Shown: one piece after another, positions 7,514-16,762 of the stretch
Layout of the letters: every line of letters starts with the position of its first letter
How positions within the stretch are numbered: position 1 is the stretch's first letter
Source of the DNA: an uncultured Anaeroplasmataceae bacterium
GTDB lineage: Bacteria > Bacillota_I > Bacilli_A > Acholeplasmatales > Anaeroplasmataceae
Assembly: GCA_944325695.1 (NCBI GenBank)
Contig: CALVBA010000017.1
Span: 1 to 24,000 of the forward strand
Reading direction: 5' to 3'
DNA: 24,000 nucleotides
Program-made: the position numbers and the translations under genes
Notes under the pieces: model-generated
Databases searched by the model: none
Told to the model about the DNA's origin: nothing
The model's input: the letters and a program-made list of their open reading frames with translations, nothing else

Positions 7514-8148
7514 CGCTTAATACCTTTTAAAAAATCGTTAATAAATTGTGATGTTTCTTCATCTACTTCAACTTTATTGTTTTTGTTTTCTATTAAAAAA
7601 GCATCTAAAAATTTAAAATTTAATCGATGATTTTTCTTTGCATATACTAAAGCATTATTAATATCTTCTATTGTAATCCCACTATCAATCCATGAAAAAA
7701 TTGTATCGATTTCAAAATGGTTTAAATTACGATTAAAGTTATTTTCCATCATTTTAACAATTTCCTCTAGTTGATCATTATTTTGTATTGTTATTTCTTG
7801 TTTCATTTGATTACTGCTACCGATTTCATTAATATTGTCCTCAATCAATGAAAAAAGTCCTTTTAAAGTGAAAACTTCAGTTAATTTGCCATTTTTACCA
7901 ACAACAGTATCAATTTCTAAAATTTTTTTATCAAGTAAATCGCTTACAATTTTAGAACATAATTTCTCATCAAAATTTGTAGCTTGTTTAATAGCCACCA
8001 TTTTAAAGCTACCTTTTTTGTCAAAGAAAACTTTAATTAATCCAATACATACAAAAACCTCATCTGATGTTAAATTTAATGATGTATAGTTTTCAAATAA
8101 AAATTTTTCAAAATTAAAATATCCATTCTTTATTATTTTCTCAATCAT
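7510..8148 (-). CDS. dnaD: Replication initiation / membrane attachment protein DnaD
   Basis: The size (212 aa) and the position immediately upstream of nth fit DnaD. The C-terminal DnaD/DnaB_2-type domain is present (NFNRNLNHFEIDTIFSWIDSGITIEDINNALVYAKKNHRLNFKFLDAFL). The N-terminus is winged-helix-like. Confidence 0.85.
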   Translation of the reverse strand: MIEKIIKNGYFNFEKFLFENYTSLNLTSDEVFVCIGLIKVFFDKKGSFKMVAIKQATNFDEKLCSKIVSDLLDKKILEIDTVVGKNGKLTEVFTLKGLFSLIEDNINEIGSSNQMKQEITIQNNDQLEEIVKMMENNFNRNLNHFEIDTIFSWIDSGITIEDINNALVYAKKNHRLNFKFLDAFLIENKNNKVEVDEETSQFINDFLKGIKR

Positions 8149-8178
8149 AAAATCACCATAACTATTATAACATAATTG

Positions 8179-8880
8179 TTAAGGTAACGTACTATCAAAG
8201 TAAAATTCATAAAACATCTTAAGTCCTACAATATCATCTTTACCTAAAGCTTTAAGTGATAACATAAATCCCTTATCAAAGGCTTCTTGATTTAAAATTT
8301 CATGAGTGATTGTAAATCTCTCATCTTGATTGGAAAAGATAACTTGATGTGTTGTATTTGTATTATCTAATCGTAATACTTGGATATTTTCAATATTTTT
8401 ATCTAAATTAATCGCATATTCCTTTGCTGTACCACTTGGTTTATCGATTTTTCGTTTTTTATGAATTTCGATTAAATCATGTGAACTGAAATAATCTTTA
8501 TAATCGTTTATAAGTTTATACATCAAACTAGCCCCCTTAGCAAAATTAGGGGTATGAATAAACCCAACTCTATTCTTTTTAGCGATCATTATTAATTCAT
8601 CAATTTCGCTTTTTTTTAAATTTGTTGTCCCTGAAATAACTTTAATTTGATCTTTTAAAGCTTTTTTAATCGTTTGATAAGAAAAATCAGCTTTTGAAAA
8701 ATCAATTAACAAGTCTATTTCATTGTTATTTAATTCATCATAGGAAATATAAGTTTTAACATGTTCGAAACTTTTTTGATCAATTCCACATATTACTTGA
8801 TATTCGTCATTATTTTGTAAAAGTTCATAAATATGTCTTCCCATACTTCCACAAATCCCCACAATACATACCTTTAACAT
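8179..8880 (-). CDS. dapB: 4-hydroxy-tetrahydrodipicolinate reductase (DapB), short divergent form
   Basis: Has the N-terminal Rossmann motif KVCIVGICGSMGRHI, then VISGTTNL and PNFAKGASLM. The signature EIHKKRKIDKPSGTA corresponds to the canonical E.HH..K.DAPSGTA. Confidence 0.8.
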   Translation of the reverse strand: MLKVCIVGICGSMGRHIYELLQNNDEYQVICGIDQKSFEHVKTYISYDELNNNEIDLLIDFSKADFSYQTIKKALKDQIKVISGTTNLKKSEIDELIMIAKKNRVGFIHTPNFAKGASLMYKLINDYKDYFSSHDLIEIHKKRKIDKPSGTAKEYAINLDKNIENIQVLRLDNTNTTHQVIFSNQDERFTITHEILNQEAFDKGFMLSLKALGKDDIVGLKMFYEFYFDSTLP

Positions 8881-8960
8881 TTTATCACCTAAAGTAGTAT
8901 ATGCTAATTCGATGATAAATCTAACAACATAAATAAATAATTCTTTCTCCTTCCATTTCT

Positions 8961-8989
8961 ATTGTATATATTTATTTTTTGAAATACAA
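8961..8989 (-). promoter_or_regulatory. SigmaA-type promoter for dapB (TTGTAT, 17-nt spacer, TACAAT)
   Basis: The minus strand reads TTGTATttcaaaaaataaatataTACAAT, preceded by an A/T-rich UP-like tract. It lies about 80 nt upstream of the dapB ATG and downstream of the efp terminator. Confidence 0.45.
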
Positions 8990-9061
8990 CCATTTTTTTT
9001 AAAATATATATTTTTTTATCAAAAATTATGAAATAGAGGTTTTTAGATGTAATATCTCAAT

Positions 9062-9091
9062 AAAAAAACCTTAAGTTCATGACTTAAGGTT
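9062..9091 (-). terminator. Rho-independent terminator of efp
   Basis: The minus strand reads AACCTTAAGTcatgaACTTAAGGTTTTTTTTATT. It is a perfect 10-bp stem (9067-9076 with 9082-9091) and a 5-nt loop, followed by a U-run, starting 6 nt after the efp stop. Confidence 0.85.
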
Positions 9092-9096
9092 ACTTA

Positions 9097-9651
9097 TTAT
9101 GCACGAGAATCGTATTCTCCCGTATCAGTTGAAACAATAACTGACTCTCCTGTTTCGATAAATAATGGAACTAAAATTTTATGTCCTGTTTCTAAAATAG
9201 CATCTTTTTTAGCACTACCAGATACTCCTTTTGTTGCTGGATCTGTTTGTGTAATTTTTAATACTACTTTATCAGGTAATTTTAAACCTAAAATTTCTCC
9301 TTCAATTGATAAAACTTCAACTTCCATTCCTTCTACTAAGAAACGTGATTCATTTTTTATTTTTTCTGTTGGAATTTCAATTTGTTCATAAGTTTCATTA
9401 TTCATGAATACTTTATTTGCTCCATCTTCATAAATGTATTGCATTGGAATTTTTTCTAAAATAACTTGTTTTACTTTTTCTCCAGCTTGGAATGAATACT
9501 CAGTAATTGTTCCTGTACGCATATTTCTTAATTTAGTACGAACAAAAGCTGCACCTTTACCTGGTTTAACATGTAAGAATTCCAAAATAGCATATAAGTT
9601 ACCATTATATTCAATCGTCATTCCATTTTTAAAATCGTTACTTAAAATCAT
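9097..9651 (-). CDS. efp: Translation elongation factor P
   Basis: 184 aa. Contains the diagnostic loop HVKPGKGAAFVRTKLRN with the modified Lys, and colinear EF-P domains I-III. Confidence 0.97.
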   Translation of the reverse strand: MILSNDFKNGMTIEYNGNLYAILEFLHVKPGKGAAFVRTKLRNMRTGTITEYSFQAGEKVKQVILEKIPMQYIYEDGANKVFMNNETYEQIEIPTEKIKNESRFLVEGMEVEVLSIEGEILGLKLPDKVVLKITQTDPATKGVSGSAKKDAILETGHKILVPLFIETGESVIVSTDTGEYDSRA

Positions 9652-9687
9652 CTTTTTTGCTCCTTTTTTAAAATTTTAACCAATTTA

Positions 9688-10116
9688 TTATATCATATTA
9701 AAAAATTTTTTCAAATATTTTATTGCTTCAATATAACCATCTTCACGTAAATTAGTAATCGTATGATCACAAACACTAGAGATATAATTTATTTTACGAA
9801 ACTCTTCACGATTATTGACATCGCTTAAATGAACTTCTATCTTAGGAATATCTAAAAGTTCTAAAGCATCGTGAATCGCAATAGATGTATGAGTATAAGC
9901 AGCCGGATTAATAATTAAGCCATCATAATTAAATCCTTCTTGAATTTTAGAAACAATATCTCCTTCGTGATTAGATTGAAAAAAATCATAAATAAAATAA
10001 TCTTCTTGTTTCATCATTTCAATAATATCATTTAGCGTTTTAGTTCCATAATGATCTTTATTTCTTCGTCCAAGCATATTTAAATTAGGTCCATTAATGA
10101 CTAATATTTTCTTCAT
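9688..10116 (-). CDS. aroQ: 3-dehydroquinate dehydratase, type II
   Basis: Motifs ILVINGPNLNMLGRR...YG, NHEG, INPAAYTHTSIAIHDA and HLSDVNNREEFR. The SD AGGAGGA lies 7 nt upstream of the ATG. The gene overlaps the aroK 3' end by 23 nt. Confidence 0.95.
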   Translation of the reverse strand: MKKILVINGPNLNMLGRRNKDHYGTKTLNDIIEMMKQEDYFIYDFFQSNHEGDIVSKIQEGFNYDGLIINPAAYTHTSIAIHDALELLDIPKIEVHLSDVNNREEFRKINYISSVCDHTITNLREDGYIEAIKYLKKFFNMI

Positions 10117-10594
10117 CTAATATCCTCCTAATATGGTTAAGACATTTTTCTAAATTATCATTTATAACGACATAGTCCGCAAAATAGTGATAATTTTCAA
10201 TACGATTAGCGTATAAATCTTCTATTGATATATCGCGTAATAACGGACGATTTTTATCATTTTGAAGGCGTTTCTGTAAAGTTTTTAAATCAACATCTAT
10301 AAAAATAACAATGCCATGCATTAACTTTTTATTCATCTTATCCTTTACTATACCACCGCCAGTAGAAATTATTTTATTACTATTGATGTGATCTTGTAAG
10401 GCTTTTTTCTCCAAAATACGAAAATAATCTTCACCATATCTTGAAAAAATTTCAATAATGCTTAATCCTGATTGTTGTTCAATATATTGGTCTAAATCAA
10501 CAAAATCATAATTGAATCTGAAACATAGTTCTTTTGATATAGTTGTTTTCCCACTTCCAGGCATGCCAACTAAATAAATATTTTTATTTAGCAT
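10094..10594 (-). CDS. aroK: Shikimate kinase
   Basis: Walker A motif IYLVGMPGSGKTTISKEL, the shikimate-binding segment ISTGGGIV, and a size of 166 aa. Confidence 0.92.
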   Translation of the reverse strand: MLNKNIYLVGMPGSGKTTISKELCFRFNYDFVDLDQYIEQQSGLSIIEIFSRYGEDYFRILEKKALQDHINSNKIISTGGGIVKDKMNKKLMHGIVIFIDVDLKTLQKRLQNDKNRPLLRDISIEDLYANRIENYHYFADYVVINDNLEKCLNHIRRILDEENISH

Positions 10595-11471
10595 AAAACT
10601 CCTCTAAGTCACGCTTAATATTTTCAATAGTCTTTTCAATATTTGCTAAATCAACTTGATAAAAATGTGTATCCATCTGATTTTTAAACCATGTTATTTG
10701 TCTTTTAGCTAAATGTCTAGTATTTTTTTTAATTTCTTCTATTGCTGTTTCAAGGGATATTTCGTCTTTAAAATATGGAATAAATTCTTTATATCCGATT
10801 GCATTAATGATAATTCCATCGTCATAAAGTCCTTTTACTTCTTCTAATAATCCTTCTTTAAGCATTAAATCAACACGTTTATTAATTCTATTGTATAAAA
10901 CATCTCTATCTAAGTCCAGATAAATGATATAAGTATCATATAACAAAATGTCTTTTTTATTTTTATTTGATATATGATCATTGTTTAAAGCCATTTCTAA
11001 AGCTCTAAGTACCCTTTTTCGGTTATTTGGGTGTAATTTTTCACACGCTTTAGAATCATATTTTTCTAGCATTTCAAATAATTCTTGATTGCTACAAAAT
11101 GTAAATTTAGAAGCAAATTCAGCATCTCTTTTACTATCACTAAATTCATAATCATACAGTGCTGATTTAATATATAACCCTGTTCCTCCTACGATGAAAG
11201 GACGAGCAACTTCATCAATTATTGCCCGACAATGACGTTGAAAACATGCTGTTGAATACTCTTCAGTTGGATCTAATAGATCAATTAAATGATGTATTAC
11301 GCCTTCTTTTTCTTCTTCTTTGATTTTAGCACTTCCTATATCTAGGCGTTTATATACACTAACACTATCACCTGAAATGATTTCAGCGTTAAAATATTTA
11401 GCTAATTCAATTGATATTTTAGTTTTTCCACTTGCGGTTGGTCCGCATATTACTACAACTTTTTTCATCAC
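10584..11471 (-). CDS. miaA: tRNA dimethylallyltransferase
   Basis: P-loop VVVICGPTASGKT, then GDSVSVYKRLDIGSAKI, HHLID and GGTGLYI. The position immediately downstream of mutL is conserved in many bacteria. Confidence 0.95.
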   Translation of the reverse strand: MMKKVVVICGPTASGKTKISIELAKYFNAEIISGDSVSVYKRLDIGSAKIKEEEKEGVIHHLIDLLDPTEEYSTACFQRHCRAIIDEVARPFIVGGTGLYIKSALYDYEFSDSKRDAEFASKFTFCSNQELFEMLEKYDSKACEKLHPNNRKRVLRALEMALNNDHISNKNKKDILLYDTYIIYLDLDRDVLYNRINKRVDLMLKEGLLEEVKGLYDDGIIINAIGYKEFIPYFKDEISLETAIEEIKKNTRHLAKRQITWFKNQMDTHFYQVDLANIEKTIENIKRDLEEFYAK

Positions 11472-13282
11472 ATTACCCTCTTAAATAACTTTTCAATTTC
11501 ATATGTTGTCAACTTAACGATAGTTGGTCTACCGTGTGGACAAGTATAAGGATTATCACATTTTTTAAGATTATTTATTAAAGTGTTTATTTCTTCTAAG
11601 TTTATTTTGTGATTTGCTTTAATTGATTTTTTACACGCAATCATTTTGGCTAAGGAATCACGAAGTATCATCATATCTACGCTATTTTTTTCAATCATAT
11701 AATAAATAATTTTCTTAACAATCTCTTCAACATTATTATTTTTAATATAAGTCGGAATACTACGAATAAAGAAACTATTTAAGCCTGACTCTTCCAAATG
11801 AAAACCGATTTTAGTTAATTTATCTTTATTTTCTAGTAAAAAAAGAAGTTCATTTTTGGTACAGTTGACATTAATAGGGATTAGTAAATCAATTGTTTGA
11901 ACACTTTCTTTTTCAAAGAAATGATAATAGTACTCATAATTAATACGCTCTTCAGCTGCATGCTGATCAACTAAAAATAATCCCTCTTCATTTTGAAATA
12001 ATAAATAGGTTCCGTGAAGTGTACCAATATATTCAAAAGAAGGAAATGTCTTTCTATAATCTTCTTTTTTAGTATTAGAAATGTTTGGTGTTTGTTTTAT
12101 TTTTTCTTCATTTTTTTCAAAACTATACTCTTTTTTCACATCATATAAATGGTTTTTTTGGTATGTTGGTTCATCATATTTTTCTAAATTAAAATTTAAT
12201 GTTTGGGTTTCATATTTTGTTTCTAAATTAACTTTTTCATTAGTGTAGCTATCAACTTTACTACCGATATTGTAGTTTGGAATCATCTCTGTTTCTTTTA
12301 AAGCATCTATCGTTGCATTAGTTATTGTATATTTAATTACGTCTTCCTCACTAAACTTGATTTCTAATTTTGATGGATGCACATTCACATCAATCAATAG
12401 TGGATCAATTTTAATATCAATCACAGCAATTGGATAACGAAATTGTGGTAAATATGTTTTATATCCATCAATCAAAGCATTAATTAAATTTGTATTTCTA
12501 ACATAACGTTTATTACAAATTAGAATAATATCATTTTTACGTGATTTATTAATGATACTTTTAACTAAATATAATTTAATTTCGACACCTGGACAAAAAG
12601 CTTCTTTATATAAAAGATTTTTAGCAGCCTCAATGCCATAAATATTCGCTATTAAGCTTTGCATATTCCCTTGTCCATTACTTTGAAATAAAACTTTCTG
12701 ATTATTAATTAACTTAAAGCGAATATCTTTATTAGCTAATGCTAGTTTATCAATTAATTCTGTTATGTATGCCAATTCTGTATTCAAAGACTTAATATAT
12801 TTTAGGCGAGCTGGTGTATTAAAAAATAAATTAGAAACCTTAATATGCGTTCCTTTATTCATACTAACAGATTCTTCATTAATCATTTTACCAGCTTTAT
12901 ATGTAACTTTATAGCCATTTGTTAAACCGTTATTTGTTGATAATTCAAAAAGCGATACTGATGCAATTGAAGGAATAGCTTCTCCTCTAAATCCTAATGA
13001 ATTAATTCGATATAAATCATGTTCGTTTTTAATCTTTGATGTGGCATGTCTTTTAAAAGCCATCAAAGCATCATCTTGTGACATTCCATCACCATCATCT
13101 AGAACATCGATCATCGTCATTCCACTATCTTGTAAAGTAATTGTTATATTTTTTGCATTTGCATCAATACTATTTTCAACCAACTCTTTAACAACACTAT
13201 ATGGTTTTTCGACAACTTCACCAGCAGCAATCATATTTGCAAGATGATTATCCAGTTGAATAATTTTTCCCATTTTAATCAT
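11468..13282 (-). CDS. mutL: DNA mismatch repair protein MutL (endonuclease-type)
   Basis: GHKL ATPase N-terminus IAAGEVVEKPYSVVKELVENSIDA, plus GFRGEA. The C-terminal endonuclease motifs are DQHAAEERINYE, ACKKSIKAN and CPHGRPT. The start is either ATG 13282 (an ATGA overlap with the mutS stop) or ATG 13273 (8 nt after AGGA). Confidence 0.95.
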   Translation of the reverse strand: MIKMGKIIQLDNHLANMIAAGEVVEKPYSVVKELVENSIDANAKNITITLQDSGMTMIDVLDDGDGMSQDDALMAFKRHATSKIKNEHDLYRINSLGFRGEAIPSIASVSLFELSTNNGLTNGYKVTYKAGKMINEESVSMNKGTHIKVSNLFFNTPARLKYIKSLNTELAYITELIDKLALANKDIRFKLINNQKVLFQSNGQGNMQSLIANIYGIEAAKNLLYKEAFCPGVEIKLYLVKSIINKSRKNDIILICNKRYVRNTNLINALIDGYKTYLPQFRYPIAVIDIKIDPLLIDVNVHPSKLEIKFSEEDVIKYTITNATIDALKETEMIPNYNIGSKVDSYTNEKVNLETKYETQTLNFNLEKYDEPTYQKNHLYDVKKEYSFEKNEEKIKQTPNISNTKKEDYRKTFPSFEYIGTLHGTYLLFQNEEGLFLVDQHAAEERINYEYYYHFFEKESVQTIDLLIPINVNCTKNELLFLLENKDKLTKIGFHLEESGLNSFFIRSIPTYIKNNNVEEIVKKIIYYMIEKNSVDMMILRDSLAKMIACKKSIKANHKINLEEINTLINNLKKCDNPYTCPHGRPTIVKLTTYEIEKLFKRVM

Positions 13283-15846
13283 CCTTTAATTAATTTTTTT
13301 TGTAAATTAGATAAATATGTCATACATTCAAGGGGTGTCATTTCATTTATATCTAGATCTTTAATTTCTTCTATTAACGGATCTTTAGCATCTTGTTTTA
13401 TTTCATTTATCTCATCAAAATTAAATAAATCTAAATTAATATTTTCTTTGACACTTGTACTTTCAAAATGATTTAAAATATCAGTTGCACGCCTAATTAA
13501 TGGTTTTGGTAATTTAGCAAGTGATGCAACGTTAATTCCGTATGACTTATCTTGGGGTCCATCTAAGACTTTATGTAAGAAAACAACTCCATCTTTCTCT
13601 TCTTTAGCTTCAACATGAATATTTTTTAAATGTGAAAGCTTATTTTCAAGAGCTGTCAGCTCATGATAATGTGTAGAAAAAATAGTTGTTGTACCTAATT
13701 TTTCATGGATATATTCAATTATTGCCTGAGCTAAAGCCATACCATCATATGTCGCTGTACCACGACCTATTTCATCTAATAAAATCAAAGAATTTTTTGT
13801 AGCATTAGTAAGAGCGTAATTTGTTTCAAGCATTTCAACCATGAATGTTGATTGTCCACTAACTAAATCATCACTCGCACCAATGCGCGTAAAAATCTTA
13901 TCATAAAGTGGTAGTTCCGCTTTAGAAGCTGGAACAAAACATCCTATTTGTGCCATGATAATCGTTAAAGCTAATTGTCTCATATAAGTCGATTTACCAC
14001 TCATATTAGGCCCTGTAATAAGTAATAAATTATATGAGTTAATGTAAATATCATTGGCAACGTAATTATTTTCTAAAATCTTTTCAATAACTGGATGACG
14101 ACCTTCAATTACAGTTAGATTACGGTTTAATGTAAAAGTAGGACGTACATAATTATTTTCTTCTGAAACATCAGCAAATGAACATAAAACATCGATTAAA
14201 GCGACAATGTTTGATAATTCTTGAAGTTGTTTGATGAATTTTTTACTAAATTCACGAATTTCTACAAATAATTCATATTCAAGCTTTAATATTTTATCTG
14301 AAGCACCTAAAACAAGATTTTCGTGTTCTTTTAATTCCTTAGTAATAAATCTTTCACTATTAGCTAATGTTTGTCGTCTTTCATATCCAAATTCATCCTT
14401 AATTAAAGCATTATTAGCTTTTGATATTTCTATATAATATCCAAAAACGCGATTATATCCTACCTTTAAATTTTTAATTTGTGTTTTTTCTCGTTCTTGC
14501 ATTTCATAGTTAATTAACCAATCTTTTCCATTTGTTGTAACATCTAAAAGTTGATCTAAAACATCATTATATCCTGATTTAATCATTCCACCTTCTTTAA
14601 TAGTTAAAGGAGGATTATCGACTAAAGCTTTCGATAAAATTGTGGTTAAATCTTCCATTAGATCAATTTCATCTGACAATGAATTTAATGTATCATCATT
14701 TAATAATCGAACTAAACGTTTTAATTCTGGCATATTTAAAAGAGACCGACGTAATTGGACCAAATCTTTAGCATTTGCATTACCACATGATATTCTTCCA
14801 ACAATTCGTTCTAAATCATAAACTGTTTTTAAGGTTTCTTTTATATCATATCGAATAATATAATTATTCATTAACGCACTTACGGCATCTAATCGTTGAT
14901 TGATTTCTTTATAATCAAGTAATGGACGTTGTAGCATTTTATATAGATATCGACTACCTAGAGCCGTACTACATTTATCCAATAACCATAATAATGATCC
15001 ATTTTTTTGATTATTACGTAATGTTTCTGTTAATTCTAGATTTCTTCTTGAATGTACATCAATCTGTAAAAAGCGATTTGCTTCATATATTTCAACTTTT
15101 TTTAGGTGAGTTAATTCTTGTCGTTGTGTATTTAAAATATAATTAATTAATAATCCAATCCCTTTGTAATAATTTTTATTACTTATATCTTCCATTAAAT
15201 AATTTAAATAATCTGGTATTTCTATTACATCATAATATGATACACAAATTTGGAAGTTTTGTAATAATTTATTCGCAAGATCTTTATTAAAAGAACTTAA
15301 TACAATAATTTCACGACATTTAAGTGATAATATTTCATTAATTAATAAATCATCAGTACTGATTTCTGTTAAATAGATTTCTCCTGTTGAAACATCTGCA
15401 TAGCTAAAAATATATTTTTTATTATCTTCAATTACACTAATTAAGTAGTTATTGATTTTATCGTCTAATCCTTGTTCGATTAAAGTTCCTGGGGTAATTA
15501 AACGAACTACATCACGTTTAACAATACCCTTAACACTTTTTGGATCTTCAACTTGTTCTACTATCGCAATTTTATATCCTTTTGCGACTAATTTTTCAAT
15601 ATATGTATTACAAGCATGAAACGGAATTCCACACATTGGAACACGTTCTGATGCTCCAGCATCTCTTCCTGTTAAAGCAATTTCTAACTCCCTTGAAGCA
15701 ACTAAAGCATCATTAAAAAACATTTCATAAAAATCACCTAATCGAAAAAAGACTATAGTATCTTTATAGTCTTTTTTTATATCTAGGTATTGTTGCATCA
15801 TAGGGGTATATTGCGATTTATCAATTTCTTTATATTCTAATTTCAT
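13279..15846 (-). CDS. mutS: DNA mismatch repair protein MutS
   Basis: N-terminal mismatch-binding region YTPMMQQYLDIK...FYEMF, Walker A GPNMSGKSTY, LDEIGRGTATYDG and FSTHYHELT. The track start at 15855 is a GTG inside the SD AAGGGTG. ATG 15849 or 15846 is more likely. Confidence 0.96.
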   Translation of the reverse strand: MKLEYKEIDKSQYTPMMQQYLDIKKDYKDTIVFFRLGDFYEMFFNDALVASRELEIALTGRDAGASERVPMCGIPFHACNTYIEKLVAKGYKIAIVEQVEDPKSVKGIVKRDVVRLITPGTLIEQGLDDKINNYLISVIEDNKKYIFSYADVSTGEIYLTEISTDDLLINEILSLKCREIIVLSSFNKDLANKLLQNFQICVSYYDVIEIPDYLNYLMEDISNKNYYKGIGLLINYILNTQRQELTHLKKVEIYEANRFLQIDVHSRRNLELTETLRNNQKNGSLLWLLDKCSTALGSRYLYKMLQRPLLDYKEINQRLDAVSALMNNYIIRYDIKETLKTVYDLERIVGRISCGNANAKDLVQLRRSLLNMPELKRLVRLLNDDTLNSLSDEIDLMEDLTTILSKALVDNPPLTIKEGGMIKSGYNDVLDQLLDVTTNGKDWLINYEMQEREKTQIKNLKVGYNRVFGYYIEISKANNALIKDEFGYERRQTLANSERFITKELKEHENLVLGASDKILKLEYELFVEIREFSKKFIKQLQELSNIVALIDVLCSFADVSEENNYVRPTFTLNRNLTVIEGRHPVIEKILENNYVANDIYINSYNLLLITGPNMSGKSTYMRQLALTIIMAQIGCFVPASKAELPLYDKIFTRIGASDDLVSGQSTFMVEMLETNYALTNATKNSLILLDEIGRGTATYDGMALAQAIIEYIHEKLGTTTIFSTHYHELTALENKLSHLKNIHVEAKEEKDGVVFLHKVLDGPQDKSYGINVASLAKLPKPLIRRATDILNHFESTSVKENINLDLFNFDEINEIKQDAKDPLIEEIKDLDINEMTPLECMTYLSNLQKKLIKG

Positions 15847-15868
15847 CATATACACCCTTAATTTCTAT

Positions 15869-16747
15869 TTATTTTTTAAAAATGAAATTCCATGTGTTAC
15901 CAACCCATTCATAGAATTCACCAATCCATTTTAAAATAGGCTTTGTAAAGTAATTTCCTTGTCCTTTAACATTGTCATAGAAGAAATAGAAAACACCTAA
16001 GGCTACAGCTAAAATCAATAATATAATCAATAAAGTTATGATAATTTTACCAATTACACTTAAAAATCCTCTTCTTTTTTTATGTCCTACTTGTTGTGGG
16101 ACTAAAAGATCGTTATTTTCAACATATTCTGGATTAATATAATTTAGTTGATCTTTTTTGTTAGCTTTACGCATTTTCTTTGCCTTTTTTTTCTCTTCTT
16201 TAGCTAATAGTTTAACTTCACGACGTGAAAGTTTCTTTACTTCCCCATTTTCATCTTGAATGTGACTAACTTGATTATTATAATCATTTAACGCATTTAA
16301 AGCAGCTCTTTCAGCGATTTGCTGTTTTGTTAGTGGAGCTTGTGGTTGATAAAACTCGTTTACTCCATCATATTGCGGATATGGATTATAATATTCCCCT
16401 GGTATCATATGTTGTTGCGGTATAAAGTATGGGTGAGGATTTACTCCATTATATTGTGGGTTTTGTTGAGACATTACATTTGGATATGGGTAATAATATG
16501 GGTAAGGCTGTGGTTGCTGAGGAAGTCCTTGACAATTTGGACATCCTTGCGGATTTTGTTGTTGATACATTGGTTGTTGTGGGTAAGGCTGTTGTTGATA
16601 CACTGGGTAAGGGATTACAAACGGTGGTACCATGTATGGAATATGTGGTCTACGTTGTACCCTAGTTGGACGTTCTTGTCCTTTTTTTTCTGTTTTATTT
16701 TCATTTGTTAATTCTTTTTTATCATTAATAACTTTGTTATCTAACAT
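15869..16747 (-). CDS. Hypothetical tail-anchored membrane protein with a P/Q/Y-rich low-complexity N-terminal region
   Basis: An intact ORF 13 nt upstream of mutS. Its parts are a P/Q/Y-rich region of about 110 aa (PYPVYQQQPYPQQPMYQQQNPQGCPNCQGLPQQPQPYPYYYPYP...), a Lys-rich charged helix (EVKLLAKEEKKKAKKMRKANKK), HKKRRG followed by one TM segment (FLSVIGKIIITLLIILLILAVALGVFYFFY), and a 35-aa aromatic tail. I prefer the start at ATG 16747, because ATG 16759 abuts the SD. Confidence 0.65.
   Translation of the reverse strand: MLDNKVINDKKELTNENKTEKKGQERPTRVQRRPHIPYMVPPFVIPYPVYQQQPYPQQPMYQQQNPQGCPNCQGLPQQPQPYPYYYPYPNVMSQQNPQYNGVNPHPYFIPQQHMIPGEYYNPYPQYDGVNEFYQPQAPLTKQQIAERAALNALNDYNNQVSHIQDENGEVKKLSRREVKLLAKEEKKKAKKMRKANKKDQLNYINPEYVENNDLLVPQQVGHKKRRGFLSVIGKIIITLLIILLILAVALGVFYFFYDNVKGQGNYFTKPILKWIGEFYEWVGNTWNFIFKK
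16325..16650 (-). repeat. Low-complexity P/Q/Y-rich coding tract (locally GC-enriched, degenerate QQPYP-type repeats)
   Basis: Reiterated ccaca/caaca/ggtaaggctgt(g/t)gttg units, for example at 16501-16516 and 16582-16597. The composition differs clearly from the flanking AT-rich DNA. The tract produces two long spurious plus-strand ORFs. Confidence 0.8.
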
Positions 16748-16762
16748 CAAAACACACATCCT

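Noticed and set aside
8149-8178. Extended -10-like TGTTATAAT between dapB and dnaD as an internal promoter
   Set aside because: There is no usable -35 element. The implied transcription start would fall on or inside the dnaD SD, leaving almost no leader. It cannot be separated from chance TATAAT occurrences in AT-rich DNA.
8881-8960. Strong SD-like GGAAGGAGAAAG in the dapB leader, with a possible 8-codon ORF (MLLDLSSN) or a riboswitch
   Set aside because: The ATG is about 15 nt from the SD-like block, which is too far. I could not fold a conserved-looking structure, and no L-box, T-box or other riboswitch core sequences are recognisable. This is probably fortuitous purine-rich leader sequence.
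16340-16711. Two long overlapping plus-strand ORFs (16340-16711 and 16429-16665) with W/V/L-rich products
   Set aside because: They are the reverse-complement frames of the P/Q/Y-rich repeat tract. CCN, CAA and TAY codons read backwards avoid stop codons. They are a compositional artefact of the minus-strand low-complexity region, not evidence for antisense genes.
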